Shown here: positions 15,769 to 23,731 of the stretch, one piece after another
How positions within the stretch are numbered: the first letter of the stretch is position 1
Layout: each line of letters begins with the position of its first letter
Virus record (IMG/VR): IMGVR_UViG_3300032782_000001
Coordinates: 1 to 52,403 of that record
Direction: 5' to 3' (one strand)
DNA: 52,403 nt
Origin: a virus
Notes under the pieces: model-generated
What the model saw: the letters and a program-made list of their open reading frames with translations, nothing else
Databases searched by the model: none
Told to the model about the DNA's origin: nothing
Position numbers and translations under genes: made by a program

Positions 15769-15843
15769 AAGGCGCCTCGAGAAAGGGACCGTTCCTGAAC
15801 CATTTCTCAGATCCAGCTCCGGGTCCCTTTCTCGAGGCGCCTT
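15769..15843. repeat. 22-bp perfect inverted repeat (AAGGCGCCTCGAGAAAGGGACC / GGTCCCTTTCTCGAGGCGCCTT) with 31-nt spacer
   Basis: read directly; intergenic between two minus-strand genes. Confidence 0.7.
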
Positions 15844-15849
15844 CCTCCG

Positions 15850-16017
15850 TCAGTCCTTGTAACCGGTCGATACCTTCGGAATCGTTTCATCTCCGATGCG
15901 GAGCAGCTTCTTCGAGATGCGGCGGAACTCCTTGTGAGCCCGGCGCTTGTGCTCCCCCTTGGTTGCAGAGGATGCACGCTTGCACTGACGACAATTGCAC
16001 GAGTAGTAGACCTTCAT
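15850..16017 (-). CDS. basic zinc-ribbon protein (55 aa; MKVYYSCNCRQCKRASSATKGEHKRRAHKEF...)
   Basis: hand-translated in a frame different from track ORF 15887..16081; GAAGGAGGTTCTCG-ATG; coordinates approximate. Confidence 0.5.
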   Translation of the reverse strand: MKVYYSCNCRQCKRASSATKGEHKRRAHKEFRRISKKLLRIGDETIPKVSTGYKD

Positions 16018-16148
16018 CGAGAACCTCCTTCAATTCATCGCCAGCCTCCTTTCCGTGAGCTAGTTTAGCACTGTGTTTCACAGGTCAGCTCACTTCCACC
16101 TGTTTAGATCATTGTACTAGGCGTGGGCACTGATCTATTACCTGGGAA

Positions 16149-16358
16149 TCATCGTTTGGTCGTTCCAGTCGAGGACTCTAGATGAGCCCTAATAGCCGCA
16201 GCCCAATCCCGGAGTGCTGACGTATGAACGACTGAGAGATGCCCGGTGGCCGTATAAATGAGGTGGTTCTGTCCTTGTGGTAGAACCCAGCCGCCGCCAT
16301 CTCCGGTTTTGGCAGCTTCTTCGATACACTCGAGAACCTCATCTAACGGTCGGGTCAT
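16149..16358 (-). CDS. hypothetical protein (69 aa)
   Basis: ORF track; start 3 nt after upstream stop. Confidence 0.5.
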   Translation of the reverse strand: MTRPLDEVLECIEEAAKTGDGGGWVLPQGQNHLIYTATGHLSVVHTSALRDWAAAIRAHLESSTGTTKR

Positions 16359-16359
16359 T

Positions 16360-16611
16360 TCAATCGTCCCAACCTTCCGGCATCTTCTCTGAGACGTCCA
16401 GTCCTGCTTTCTCGAGGCTATCCTCGATGGACTGGTAGATTTCGTTGGCCGTCAACAAGGCCTTCCCCTCTCGAATCGAGAGAACGACATCTTCGAGGAG
16501 CGCGCGGACCTCCGCTTCGGAGAGATCCGCGATCGTCTTCTGGGCGACCGACTGCTTCTGAGCGGCTTTCTTCTGAGCGGCTTTCTTCTGAGCGGCTTTC
16601 TTGGTTGCCAT
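16360..16611 (-). CDS. small protein with N-terminal KKAAQ x3 basic repeats (possible DNA-binding)
   Basis: ORF track trimmed to Met9 after GAGGAGAGAACA; 15-nt tandem repeat x3 at 16553-16600. Confidence 0.55.
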   Translation of the reverse strand: MATKKAAQKKAAQKKAAQKQSVAQKTIADLSEAEVRALLEDVVLSIREGKALLTANEIYQSIEDSLEKAGLDVSEKMPEGWDD

Positions 16612-16621
16612 TGTTCTCTCC

Positions 16622-16957
16622 TCAGTCGAACACACCGCGCTGGCAAGCCTCCTCGAGGCTGTAATCTTCCTCGTCTTCCTCGTCTTCCTCGTCCTCGTCG
16701 CTCTCGTAGGCGACTTGCGGAAAGTACACGATGACGTCGCGACCCATCGAATCGCTGTGGGCTCCTTGCAATTCCTCCGCGATCGTCTGCATGTCGCACG
16801 AGACGTCGGCGGCAGCCTGGAAAAGTGCCCCGTAGATCTCGGTGATGCTGGACCCCTCGATGCCGAGGCAATCCTTACCGAACATGAACCGGCCGGAATA
16901 CGACCGGACGTGGAGCTCCGCGGCCTCGGCCAAATCTTGCAATGCGCTCTTCGTCAT
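16622..16957 (-). CDS. hypothetical protein with polyacidic C-terminus (ESDEDEEDEEDEED)
   Basis: ORF track 16622..17236 trimmed to Met94 after GGAGGTGACGAA; TCTTCCTCG x3 tandem repeat on plus strand; palindromic cassette at 16958-17010. Confidence 0.55.
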   Translation of the reverse strand: MTKSALQDLAEAAELHVRSYSGRFMFGKDCLGIEGSSITEIYGALFQAAADVSCDMQTIAEELQGAHSDSMGRDVIVYFPQVAYESDEDEEDEEDEEDYSLEEACQRGVFD

Positions 16958-17016
16958 TTCGTCACCTCCACGGTTCGATACGCGCGGAGGTGACGAATTT
17001 GCGCCGGCCGATCGAC

Positions 17017-17472
17017 TTATTCCTTCCGGATGCTCTGGATCATCTCCTTGGCATGCCGGTCGGCGTAGTTCGCGATGTGTCGCTGAATGTTGTCGAGGTC
17101 CCGGAAAGCCCGGTCCACCCGAGTGGCCAGGAAATCCTTCGTGGACTCCTTGGACTTGAAATCGATCTGGAGATCCTTTTTGATCGCCTCCATTCGATTG
17201 AGCGCGTCGACCAACATCTTCAGGCGCGCGTTGCAAACCTCATCGACCTTGGCGACCTGGCCGTTGAGCTCATCGATCCTCTCGGCCAACTTGATCACAT
17301 CGGGCTTCTGACGGGGTCGCTTGACGAGATACGCCCCGTGGAATCCGAACGGGCCCACGGAGGTCCGGTCGTCGACGAACTCCCATCCGTCAGACGTGTG
17401 CTTCTCGAGTTCGCTCCCGCGAACTTCCTTGAAAACGAAGCCTTCTCCGCTGGTCGCATTCGTGTCGGTCAT
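17017..17472 (-). CDS. hypothetical protein (151 aa, coiled-coil-like C-terminus)
   Basis: ORF track; GGAGGCGTT-ATG; cassette at 17473-17525. Confidence 0.65.
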   Translation of the reverse strand: MTDTNATSGEGFVFKEVRGSELEKHTSDGWEFVDDRTSVGPFGFHGAYLVKRPRQKPDVIKLAERIDELNGQVAKVDEVCNARLKMLVDALNRMEAIKKDLQIDFKSKESTKDFLATRVDRAFRDLDNIQRHIANYADRHAKEMIQSIRKE

Positions 17473-17529
17473 AACGCCTCCGACCTCCGATACGGCGCGA
17501 GCCGCCGAACTTGCGCCCGGCGGCTCGTA

Positions 17530-17644
17530 TTGAAGTGCAATAGTCTGGACCAGGTGATTGACTCCTGGATAGGAGCCGCGAAGATGGCCGAAATGGAGGT
17601 GACGACTTCTTCGAAGTCACCTGGTCCAGACTATTGCACTTCAA
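17530..17644. repeat. 28-bp perfect inverted repeat (TTGAAGTGCAATAGTCTGGACCAGGTGA / TCACCTGGTCCAGACTATTGCACTTCAA) flanking a 59-bp spacer
   Basis: read directly; lies between the 3' end of the lipoprotein gene and the cassette of 17017..17472. Confidence 0.75.
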
Positions 17645-17797
17645 CCTGATGGAGTGGAAGCGGCACCCGATGCGCCAGACCCCGCCGAAAGGCGAGTTCC
17701 CCTGCCAGGGCGGACGGTTTCAGGGAATTCGGTGGCAGCCTCTTGTCCCTTTGTCGCCCCTTACTATGGTCTGCTATCAGGCGCCGCTTTCACTCCA

Positions 17798-18214
17798 CTA
17801 GGGCTTCCTCCACTTTCCCTCGTACTCATCCCAAACCGCAATTTGCGCGCGAGGTTCGCAGAACTTTGCCTCCCTCACCGTAGCAAAAAAGATAAGCGCT
17901 GCAAAATCATCTCCTTCAGGAGTCCAAGTTCCCGTGGCGACTGGGCCCAACTGCCTGAGGAGCTTGCCATCGGCAGAATACACCGAACCGCGCGCCATGA
18001 CTCTCGCTGAATCACAGTCAACAGGCGGCTCGGCTCGCACGGACTCGGGCCGGTCGGCGCGCGCCAAGGGCCGCGACGGGGCGAGGAAGGGCCGCGACGG
18101 GGCGAGGAAGGGCCGCGACGGGCCGACCGATGCGCGCTCCACACAGCCGATGAGCACTACGCCGATCACGACGAGTACAGCACTTCGACCAGATTGGCTC
18201 CACACCTGGGACAT
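17798..18214 (-). CDS. predicted secreted lipoprotein (signal peptide with LIGC lipobox) with SRPFLAP x3 linker
   Basis: ORF track; GAGGAAGAAGGAAA-ATG; 21-nt tandem repeat at about 18065-18125. Confidence 0.55.
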   Translation of the reverse strand: MSQVWSQSGRSAVLVVIGVVLIGCVERASVGPSRPFLAPSRPFLAPSRPLARADRPESVRAEPPVDCDSARVMARGSVYSADGKLLRQLGPVATGTWTPEGDDFAALIFFATVREAKFCEPRAQIAVWDEYEGKWRKP

Positions 18215-18465
18215 TTTCCTTCTTCCTCTACCTTCTCATCACAAAATTTCTCATGCCATCCACAGTGGAACCCCTGTGCGATCAGTATATGAACACAAGG
18301 ACCTGGCTCTTCTCGGAAGGCAGCACAATTGCATGCATACCCGAACGGGATTCCCAATCTCGGGTCTGTAGGAGTGATGAGTTGGACCTTATAGGTCCTC
18401 CCTTCATCCTCCACGTCCTGTGACCACTTGGTCCAAGTTTCACAGGCTTTAACCAGCTGCCTCAC
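18166..18465 (-). CDS. Cys-rich protein (99 aa; CNC...C..HC..C..CPRCG)
   Basis: ORF track; GTG start with no SD; 49-nt overlap with the lipoprotein gene start; AT-rich palindrome CTTGTAAAATTTACAAG upstream at 18487-18503. Confidence 0.35.
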   Translation of the reverse strand: MRQLVKACETWTKWSQDVEDEGRTYKVQLITPTDPRLGIPFGYACNCAAFREEPGPCVHILIAQGFHCGWHEKFCDEKVEEEGKCPRCGANLVEVLYSS

Positions 18466-18514
18466 GTGAAAGTTTACATGGAATCTTGTAAAATTTACAA
18501 GATTTTACGCGTGT

Positions 18515-18814
18515 TCAGCGATATGGACTGTCGGCCTTCCTGTCGGGGAGTTCACGAATGGCTTGGACGACGAATCGATACTTGCCCTGGAAAATCAGGA
18601 TGGTCTGGTCATCTCCGTGCCACGTGAAATAAGTGAAATCCGTGTCCTTGTTCGCCCCGAGCTCCGCTCCCAGCTTGAAGAAGACAGCATCCCTTTTGCC
18701 GGCTCCAAGGTCTTGAGGTTGGATGACCCGGGTTGCTGCCTTGAAGAGCGCGTCGGCGTCCTTGGAGTATGCGATCTCTTCGAGGAAGGTGGAATATTCG
18801 AGCTTCGCATTCAT
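18515..18814 (-). CDS. hypothetical protein (99 aa)
   Basis: ORF track trimmed to Met26. Confidence 0.45.
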   Translation of the reverse strand: MNAKLEYSTFLEEIAYSKDADALFKAATRVIQPQDLGAGKRDAVFFKLGAELGANKDTDFTYFTWHGDDQTILIFQGKYRFVVQAIRELPDRKADSPYR

Positions 18815-18822
18815 GGATCGGA

Positions 18823-19212
18823 CTACGCCGAGCGGCGGCGAATTTGATCCGTCTCTATCCAACTTTGTTCTGGCGTGCAACGAATCCACGAACGATAGAA
18901 TTCATCGCTTTCCACCAGGAGTTTATCTCCAGCACACTCAATTTCAATCAGACCGAGGAGCCCATAGAGACCTTCATGGATGCTCAGGAAGCCGCCTTTA
19001 GGCCTGGCTGCCAAGATTTCCGTGATGTGAGACACGGTTCCCGGTGCCAAAAACTTAATGACAGCCGGATTCTTCCAGGATCCTTCGATCTCTTTGCGAG
19101 AAAGGGGCCTCACCCGAATCCAAGAGTCACCTATCTCGGTGCGCTTTCTCCGGCGATTATGTTCCAGAACGAAATTTCCGACTTCTTCCGAGAAGTCCCA
19201 TTCTTCCTTCAT
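18823..19212 (-). CDS. hypothetical protein (129 aa)
   Basis: ORF track. Confidence 0.55.
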   Translation of the reverse strand: MKEEWDFSEEVGNFVLEHNRRRKRTEIGDSWIRVRPLSRKEIEGSWKNPAVIKFLAPGTVSHITEILAARPKGGFLSIHEGLYGLLGLIEIECAGDKLLVESDEFYRSWIRCTPEQSWIETDQIRRRSA

Positions 19213-19224
19213 AAGAAACGTTAC

Positions 19225-19428
19225 TCAGGACTCCATAGTATCTACGACGATTTCCAAGTTCCTGGCGATCTGTAGCGCTTCGCTGTCAGTGTCGCACCTG
19301 ACAACTACTTCACCTCCCCATGGTGAATCACTCATACTCTGGACCTTCATAGGAATGAACTGCGGCTTCCCAGATCCAGGTATCCTTACGACTGCGTAGA
19401 ATCCTACTTCTTGATCGGAATTTTTCAA
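19225..19428 (-). CDS. small protein, tail ...EIVVDTMES (tail family)
   Basis: ORF track; TTGA stop-start overlap. Confidence 0.45.
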   Translation of the reverse strand: MKNSDQEVGFYAVVRIPGSGKPQFIPMKVQSMSDSPWGGEVVVRCDTDSEALQIARNLEIVVDTMES

Positions 19429-19628
19429 GATTCCATGACCAAGAAGACCAAGAATTCTTCCTTGGTCATCTTTAGAGAGACGCTCTGACGATAAAGAGGA
19501 ATTCCCATCCCCTCATGTTCAGAACACCGGCTTTGAAAAGGGAACCCGGCAACGCCGCGGTAGAAGTGGGTCCCATCACGTCCGCATATGACGCATTGGC
19601 ACATTTCTTCATCAGTTAGTGTGCTCAT
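19425..19628 (-). CDS. Cys-rich small protein, tail ...KEEFLVFLVMES (tail family)
   Basis: ORF track; ATGA overlap. Confidence 0.55.
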   Translation of the reverse strand: MSTLTDEEMCQCVICGRDGTHFYRGVAGFPFQSRCSEHEGMGIPLYRQSVSLKMTKEEFLVFLVMES

Positions 19629-20038
19629 GACTCCATGACTCCGCGCACCAGCTTTAGAGCTTTCCTCTTCTGCTTGATGGCTTTATCGTGCTTTTCGAAC
19701 CAATCGGTTCCCTTAATGATGAACCCGATTTCAGAATGCACTGCAGTCCAGAATTTCTCCCAGTCTACATGCCCATCCAACATTTTGTAGATATGGGCTG
19801 TGGCGCGATCTTCCAAGATATCTTCGAGAAACTTGTCTTTAGCCCAGGTTCCTTCCCCTACGAGGGTCAAGAACTCTTGGCCAATCGTGTGGGGGTTCTG
19901 ATTCAGGAACGCGCACGGATCGAGCGAAGGCAGTGTCTTGAGCACGAAATCTTTGGCCCAGAGAGCGAACCACCAGTCGATGAGACTGATGAAGACAGCT
20001 TCCGATCCGGAGATGATTCCCGAATGGATAGACCTCAT
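19625..20038 (-). CDS. hypothetical protein (137 aa), tail ...KLVRGVMES (tail family)
   Basis: ORF track trimmed to Met6 after GGAGGCAATA; cassette boxes at 20039-20085. Confidence 0.55.
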   Translation of the reverse strand: MRSIHSGIISGSEAVFISLIDWWFALWAKDFVLKTLPSLDPCAFLNQNPHTIGQEFLTLVGEGTWAKDKFLEDILEDRATAHIYKMLDGHVDWEKFWTAVHSEIGFIIKGTDWFEKHDKAIKQKRKALKLVRGVMES

Positions 20039-20102
20039 TATTGCCTCCATCATCCAATACGCGCGACCGGACCAAACTTGCCCGGCGACGCCATATTGTC
20101 GC

Positions 20103-20291
20103 CTACGACTCCATGACCTCGTAGATGAGGCACATGGCGATGAACTCTTCTTGAGAAATGCGTAGATCCATCAAGTCAGGATCGTTATCGATTCGGTTCC
20201 CGAAACAGTCAGCACACCATGCAAACGGCTTCCCGTCGAAGACGAATTCTTCCGCTTCGCGGAGACATTGCCTACAAGGAATAGTGTTCAC
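20103..20291 (-). CDS. Cys-rich small protein, tail ...CLIYEVMES (tail family)
   Basis: ORF track; GTG start 9 nt after the upstream TGA. Confidence 0.5.
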   Translation of the reverse strand: MNTIPCRQCLREAEEFVFDGKPFAWCADCFGNRIDNDPDLMDLRISQEEFIAMCLIYEVMES

Positions 20292-20300
20292 GATTTCTAA

Positions 20301-20846
20301 TCAAGATTCGTGGACTTCACGCACGGGATCTTGCTTGTAGATGACCTCGGCCCACCCCTCACCGAGGTAGATCTGACCGTGACCGTCTTCTTCCGTTCCC
20401 TCGCAGAGGGGACACGGGAGGTGTTCGTCCGCGTCCTCACACCCCTCCCAAGAACAAGCAGTCTCGCCAGAACTTGTGAAGTGTGCCACGCGATACCACT
20501 TCCCGTCCTCGTCTTCGATGACTTCAGGTGGAAGACCCCAAGAGCAATCTTGGACGATGGTCCGATATGACACATCGTAGAAATCCGGATAATCCCGCTT
20601 GGCGAGATAATCCGGGATTCCTTCGAACCAGAAAATGTACTGAGCCTGTCCACTCACCGTGTGATTGTTCGGGTCTGACGGGGTGCTGGTCTCGATGACC
20701 ACCCAAGGCTCGTCTTCGAGCTCTCCGCCCGTCAGACCGAAGACTTGCTCCACCCGCTCACGCTCAATGGCTGCGTCTTGGGCCTGGCGCTTACGCTCCA
20801 GTTCCGCCTCGTGATCCTCCACAGCCTTCAAATCCAGCTGCTCCAT
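20301..20846 (-). CDS. acidic, Cys-rich hypothetical protein (181 aa), tail ...DPVREVHES (tail family, His variant)
   Basis: ORF track trimmed to Met4 after GGAGGTGACGACG; cassette at 20847-20890. Confidence 0.6.
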   Translation of the reverse strand: MEQLDLKAVEDHEAELERKRQAQDAAIERERVEQVFGLTGGELEDEPWVVIETSTPSDPNNHTVSGQAQYIFWFEGIPDYLAKRDYPDFYDVSYRTIVQDCSWGLPPEVIEDEDGKWYRVAHFTSSGETACSWEGCEDADEHLPCPLCEGTEEDGHGQIYLGEGWAEVIYKQDPVREVHES

Positions 20847-20888
20847 CGTCGTCACCTCCGCGATTGAATACGACGCCGACTGCTGAAT

Positions 20889-21161
20889 TTACGTCGCGAG
20901 CGCTCCGGCTGCCCAGTGGAGCGTATCTCGAAGCTTTTCGGCTTCCTCCTCGTCTTGCCTATTGTATCCCCACTTGTAAAGCTGACTGTCAATGGCCGCC
21001 GCGAGAGTACCAGCCTTGTCACCTGCTTCATCGAGAAGCTGCTGGAGCCCGGGGCCGGGCGGCAAGACCTCGCGATCCTGAAGCTCCTCCCAAGCCTTTT
21101 GGATGATCTCCTTGAGTTGTCCGTCCGAGAGACTTTCGTAATTGGGTTGACTGGCGTCCAT
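20889..21161 (-). CDS. hypothetical protein (90 aa)
   Basis: ORF track trimmed to Met4; cassette at 21162-21205. Confidence 0.55.
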   Translation of the reverse strand: MDASQPNYESLSDGQLKEIIQKAWEELQDREVLPPGPGLQQLLDEAGDKAGTLAAAIDSQLYKWGYNRQDEEEAEKLRDTLHWAAGALAT

Positions 21162-21203
21162 ATACTGCACCTCCGCGATCGAATACGACGCGGATGTGCG
21201 AAT

Positions 21204-21416
21204 TTACGCCGCTGCCGTGTCCAAGGTTGCAGCTTCTTCTTTTAGAAGCGATGCGGCTTTTTCTGCTATGGTGGCAAGTAAAAGCATTTGCTCGGACGAA
21301 ATTCTCTCAAACCCCTGATTCGAAATTTCGTCTATGTCCCGATCAGGTACTAGCTTCAATACATGACCGGCCAAAAGCATGATCCTGACAAGACACACTT
21401 TGGAATCAATGGTCAT
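21204..21416 (-). CDS. hypothetical protein (70 aa)
   Basis: ORF track; AGGAGGGGGAGTC-ATG. Confidence 0.55.
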   Translation of the reverse strand: MTIDSKVCLVRIMLLAGHVLKLVPDRDIDEISNQGFERISSEQMLLLATIAEKAASLLKEEAATLDTAAA

Positions 21417-21427
21417 GACTCCCCCTC

Positions 21428-21584
21428 CTAAATTACTTCAATATTCGCCATCATCGTCGAGGACGACTACCTCTCCGGGCCCCAATTTCTGATTCGGCGA
21501 GTATTGATTCACGGCGGGTTCGTGAACAATAGGTGACGAATCAGCGTCAACGGGGTCTGAGATTTCCGAATGTGTGGTCTCCAT
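21428..21584 (-). CDS. possible small acidic protein (51 aa) at the edge of the divergence region
   Basis: hand-translated; no SD; coordinates approximate. Confidence 0.25.
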
Positions 21585-21759
21585 GAACTTACATCTCATT
21601 GAGAATTCACCAACGCCTTGCGCCGAGACTTAGGGAGAAGTATACTTTAGTAAAGGGACGAAACCACCGGCGGGAATCGGCATCCAATCAGACATCATCT
21701 GTAGGCAGACGATGAAAGTTTCGCGGTCCGGAACGTACCAGATCCTGGAGGGCGTGCGT

Positions 21760-22140
21760 ATGCGCCAGGAGATGAGAACGAAGCCGTCCGTGGAGGCCGG
21801 CATCAAGTCCGATTCCACGGACGGTCGAGCGCGTGTTGTCGACTACCAGCCGGGCAATGGTACGAGGTATGTCCTCGTTTTGACGAGCCTTTCAGGTCAT
21901 CCGAGCCAAGAGAAAGTTCTGACTCGAGAAGATCAGTGTGCTCTCGTCTGGGTTCAAAATTTCAAGCGTGGATGGATCGCTGGATTCGGCGGTACGAATC
22001 TCGTTCATTATTCTGACATCCAGAAGCATCTAGGTTGCTCCATCATGGATGCCGTCTCTTTGGCGGAAATTATTGGATTCCTTCTCAATCGACCGTGCGT
22101 TTCGGTAGATGATTTTCTCCGCGAAAAGAACGCCGTTTAG
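21760..22140 (+). CDS. hypothetical protein (126 aa)
   Basis: ORF track 21712..22140 trimmed to Met17 after GGAGGGCGTGCGT. Confidence 0.5.
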   Translation: MRQEMRTKPSVEAGIKSDSTDGRARVVDYQPGNGTRYVLVLTSLSGHPSQEKVLTREDQCALVWVQNFKRGWIAGFGGTNLVHYSDIQKHLGCSIMDAVSLAEIIGFLLNRPCVSVDDFLREKNAV

Positions 22141-22215
22141 GGTGGCATACCCCGTTCTAATCCCTGCCAGGGATTATGTAACCTGGTCCTAAGCTCCTTT
22201 TGAAATGCTTAGGGC

Positions 22216-22281
22216 ATGGCAGCTCAGACTGTTGCAATCACTTTCGGCACCACAGGACTCGGTCCGTATTGCAGGCCGTAA
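22216..22281 (+). pseudogene. 22-codon duplicate of the 5' end of gene 22426..22830 together with its leader (MAAQTVAITFGTTGLGPYCRP*)
   Basis: about 50-nt repeat CTCCTTTTG.GAAT..T.GGG..TATGGC.GCTCA.AC at 22186-22235 and 22395-22445; coordinates approximate. Confidence 0.4.
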
Positions 22282-22425
22282 ACATCGTTATGGGCTTAAC
22301 ATCCAAAGTGGAACAGAGTTTTATAAATATTTGAAACGAGAAAATTTCCCTGGAATCTTCCGGGTTCTTTGTTTTAATCATAACTGCGGCAAGCTTCACT
22401 AAACTCCTTTTGGGAATTTGGGTGT

Positions 22426-22830
22426 ATGGCCGCTCAAACGGTATCGATCTCGGTCGGATGTCAGTGGACGCCGCCTTTCGCGGTGCTCAACTCGGGCAAC
22501 AGCTCTTTCAACCTGAGCGCCCAGTACAACGCCCAAAATGTCGGGCAGATCGACATTCCTGGAGCAACGACTACGCCGACGGTCTTCCCGATTCCCTTTG
22601 GGACCGTGGCGAGTTGCAAGATGCTCATCATCAAGAACTGCATGTCGAGTGATATCGGCGTCCGATTCAATGGAGCAGTCGCAAATGAGTTCCAGGTGGC
22701 GCCTGGAGGTATGGTGATGGTTTCGATGCCGCAAGCACCTGTCACCAATCCTGTGACTTCAATTTCTGTCGTGACGACGTCCGTCCCCGGAGCGACCGAA
22801 TATGTCAGCTTCTGGGTTTTTGGCGACTGA
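22426..22830 (+). CDS. hypothetical Thr/Val/Pro-rich protein (134 aa), possibly structural or secreted
   Basis: ORF track; followed by a 9-bp hairpin AAGTGGCAG..CTGCCACTT at 22843-22871. Confidence 0.6.
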   Translation: MAAQTVSISVGCQWTPPFAVLNSGNSSFNLSAQYNAQNVGQIDIPGATTTPTVFPIPFGTVASCKMLIIKNCMSSDIGVRFNGAVANEFQVAPGGMVMVSMPQAPVTNPVTSISVVTTSVPGATEYVSFWVFGD

Positions 22831-22844
22831 AGTAAAGTGGCAGA

Positions 22845-23090
22845 GTGAAAGATCCTGCCACTTGTAACCATTTCTTTGAATGGGAGTTCAACCCTCCTCC
22901 GAGGTCAACTCTCACGCGGAAGGAAATCCGCGACTTGGTTCGTTCGGAAGAGGCTTTGAAAGCCTATTGCGAAAAGGACGCTGCGGAGTTTAAAGCCCGG
23001 GGTCCAGCTGATCCGAAGGAATTCGGTCGGATTCTTTGCAGGTGGTGTCGGAAAGAACGTCAAGACTCCGATTTCCAACGGTTAGCGTAA
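22845..23090 (+). CDS. hypothetical protein (81 aa); start uncertain because the first codons lie in the terminator hairpin
   Basis: ORF track. Confidence 0.3.
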   Translation: MKDPATCNHFFEWEFNPPPRSTLTRKEIRDLVRSEEALKAYCEKDAAEFKARGPADPKEFGRILCRWCRKERQDSDFQRLA

Positions 23091-23131
23091 ATTCGGCACT
23101 CCACCGCGTACTCGCGGTCCGGAGGTGACGA
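23062..23131 (+). promoter_or_regulatory. conserved upstream cassette
   Basis: CGTAAATTCGGCACTCCACCGCGTACTCGCGGTCCGGAGGTGACGA-ATG. Confidence 0.5.
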
Positions 23132-23731
23132 ATGTCACTTTCATGTGTGATAACTGTCAAAGGCCACGGACGAGATAAGCCTCAGCTGGGCTCGTTGAAG
23201 AACGACCAGACACGGGTTGTAAAGGACTTCATCAAGGGTGTCGATTCTTACTATCGGACCGTATTCAATCACGTCCAATCGTGCCCCAAATGCGACCCTC
23301 AAGAAGTCCTTGAGGCTTATCTCACGGATCGGAATCGTCCCAAGTTCGGCGGCCTGACTTCAGCGGGCTTGGCGAAACTTGCCCTGCGTTACGAGAAGAA
23401 TTTCGGCAACCGAGTGTCTCAAAAGACTGTGCGGGAATTCCTCTGGCGCGTCGGATCAGTTGACCGTTTGACAGAATTTGCATCCCGGCTCGAGCCAGAG
23501 GAAGTGGTCTCCGGCGTTTACCTCATGTTCCAGCGCTGGGTGAGTGAACCTAGCTCATTTAATGAGACTTGGGTTAACTCTTGTGTGGAGGCTTCCAAGA
23601 ATTTCCAGTGCCCCTACGCGCACATCTTCGAAAGTGTGTTCATTCTCAGGAAGAACGGGGTAACCGTGCTTCCACCCGAACGGGACGAGCTCATCAAGCT
23701 CGCGACCGTCGCTTTCGTCATGGACTGCTAG
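23132..23731 (+). CDS. hypothetical protein (199 aa), tail ...VAFVMDC
   Basis: ORF track. Confidence 0.6.
   Translation: MSLSCVITVKGHGRDKPQLGSLKNDQTRVVKDFIKGVDSYYRTVFNHVQSCPKCDPQEVLEAYLTDRNRPKFGGLTSAGLAKLALRYEKNFGNRVSQKTVREFLWRVGSVDRLTEFASRLEPEEVVSGVYLMFQRWVSEPSSFNETWVNSCVEASKNFQCPYAHIFESVFILRKNGVTVLPPERDELIKLATVAFVMDC

Noticed and set aside
16553-16710. Short direct repeats (15-nt x3, 9-nt x3) considered as a CRISPR-like array
   Set aside because: The repeats are too short, have no spacers, and are in-frame within coding sequences. No CRISPR array is present in the window.
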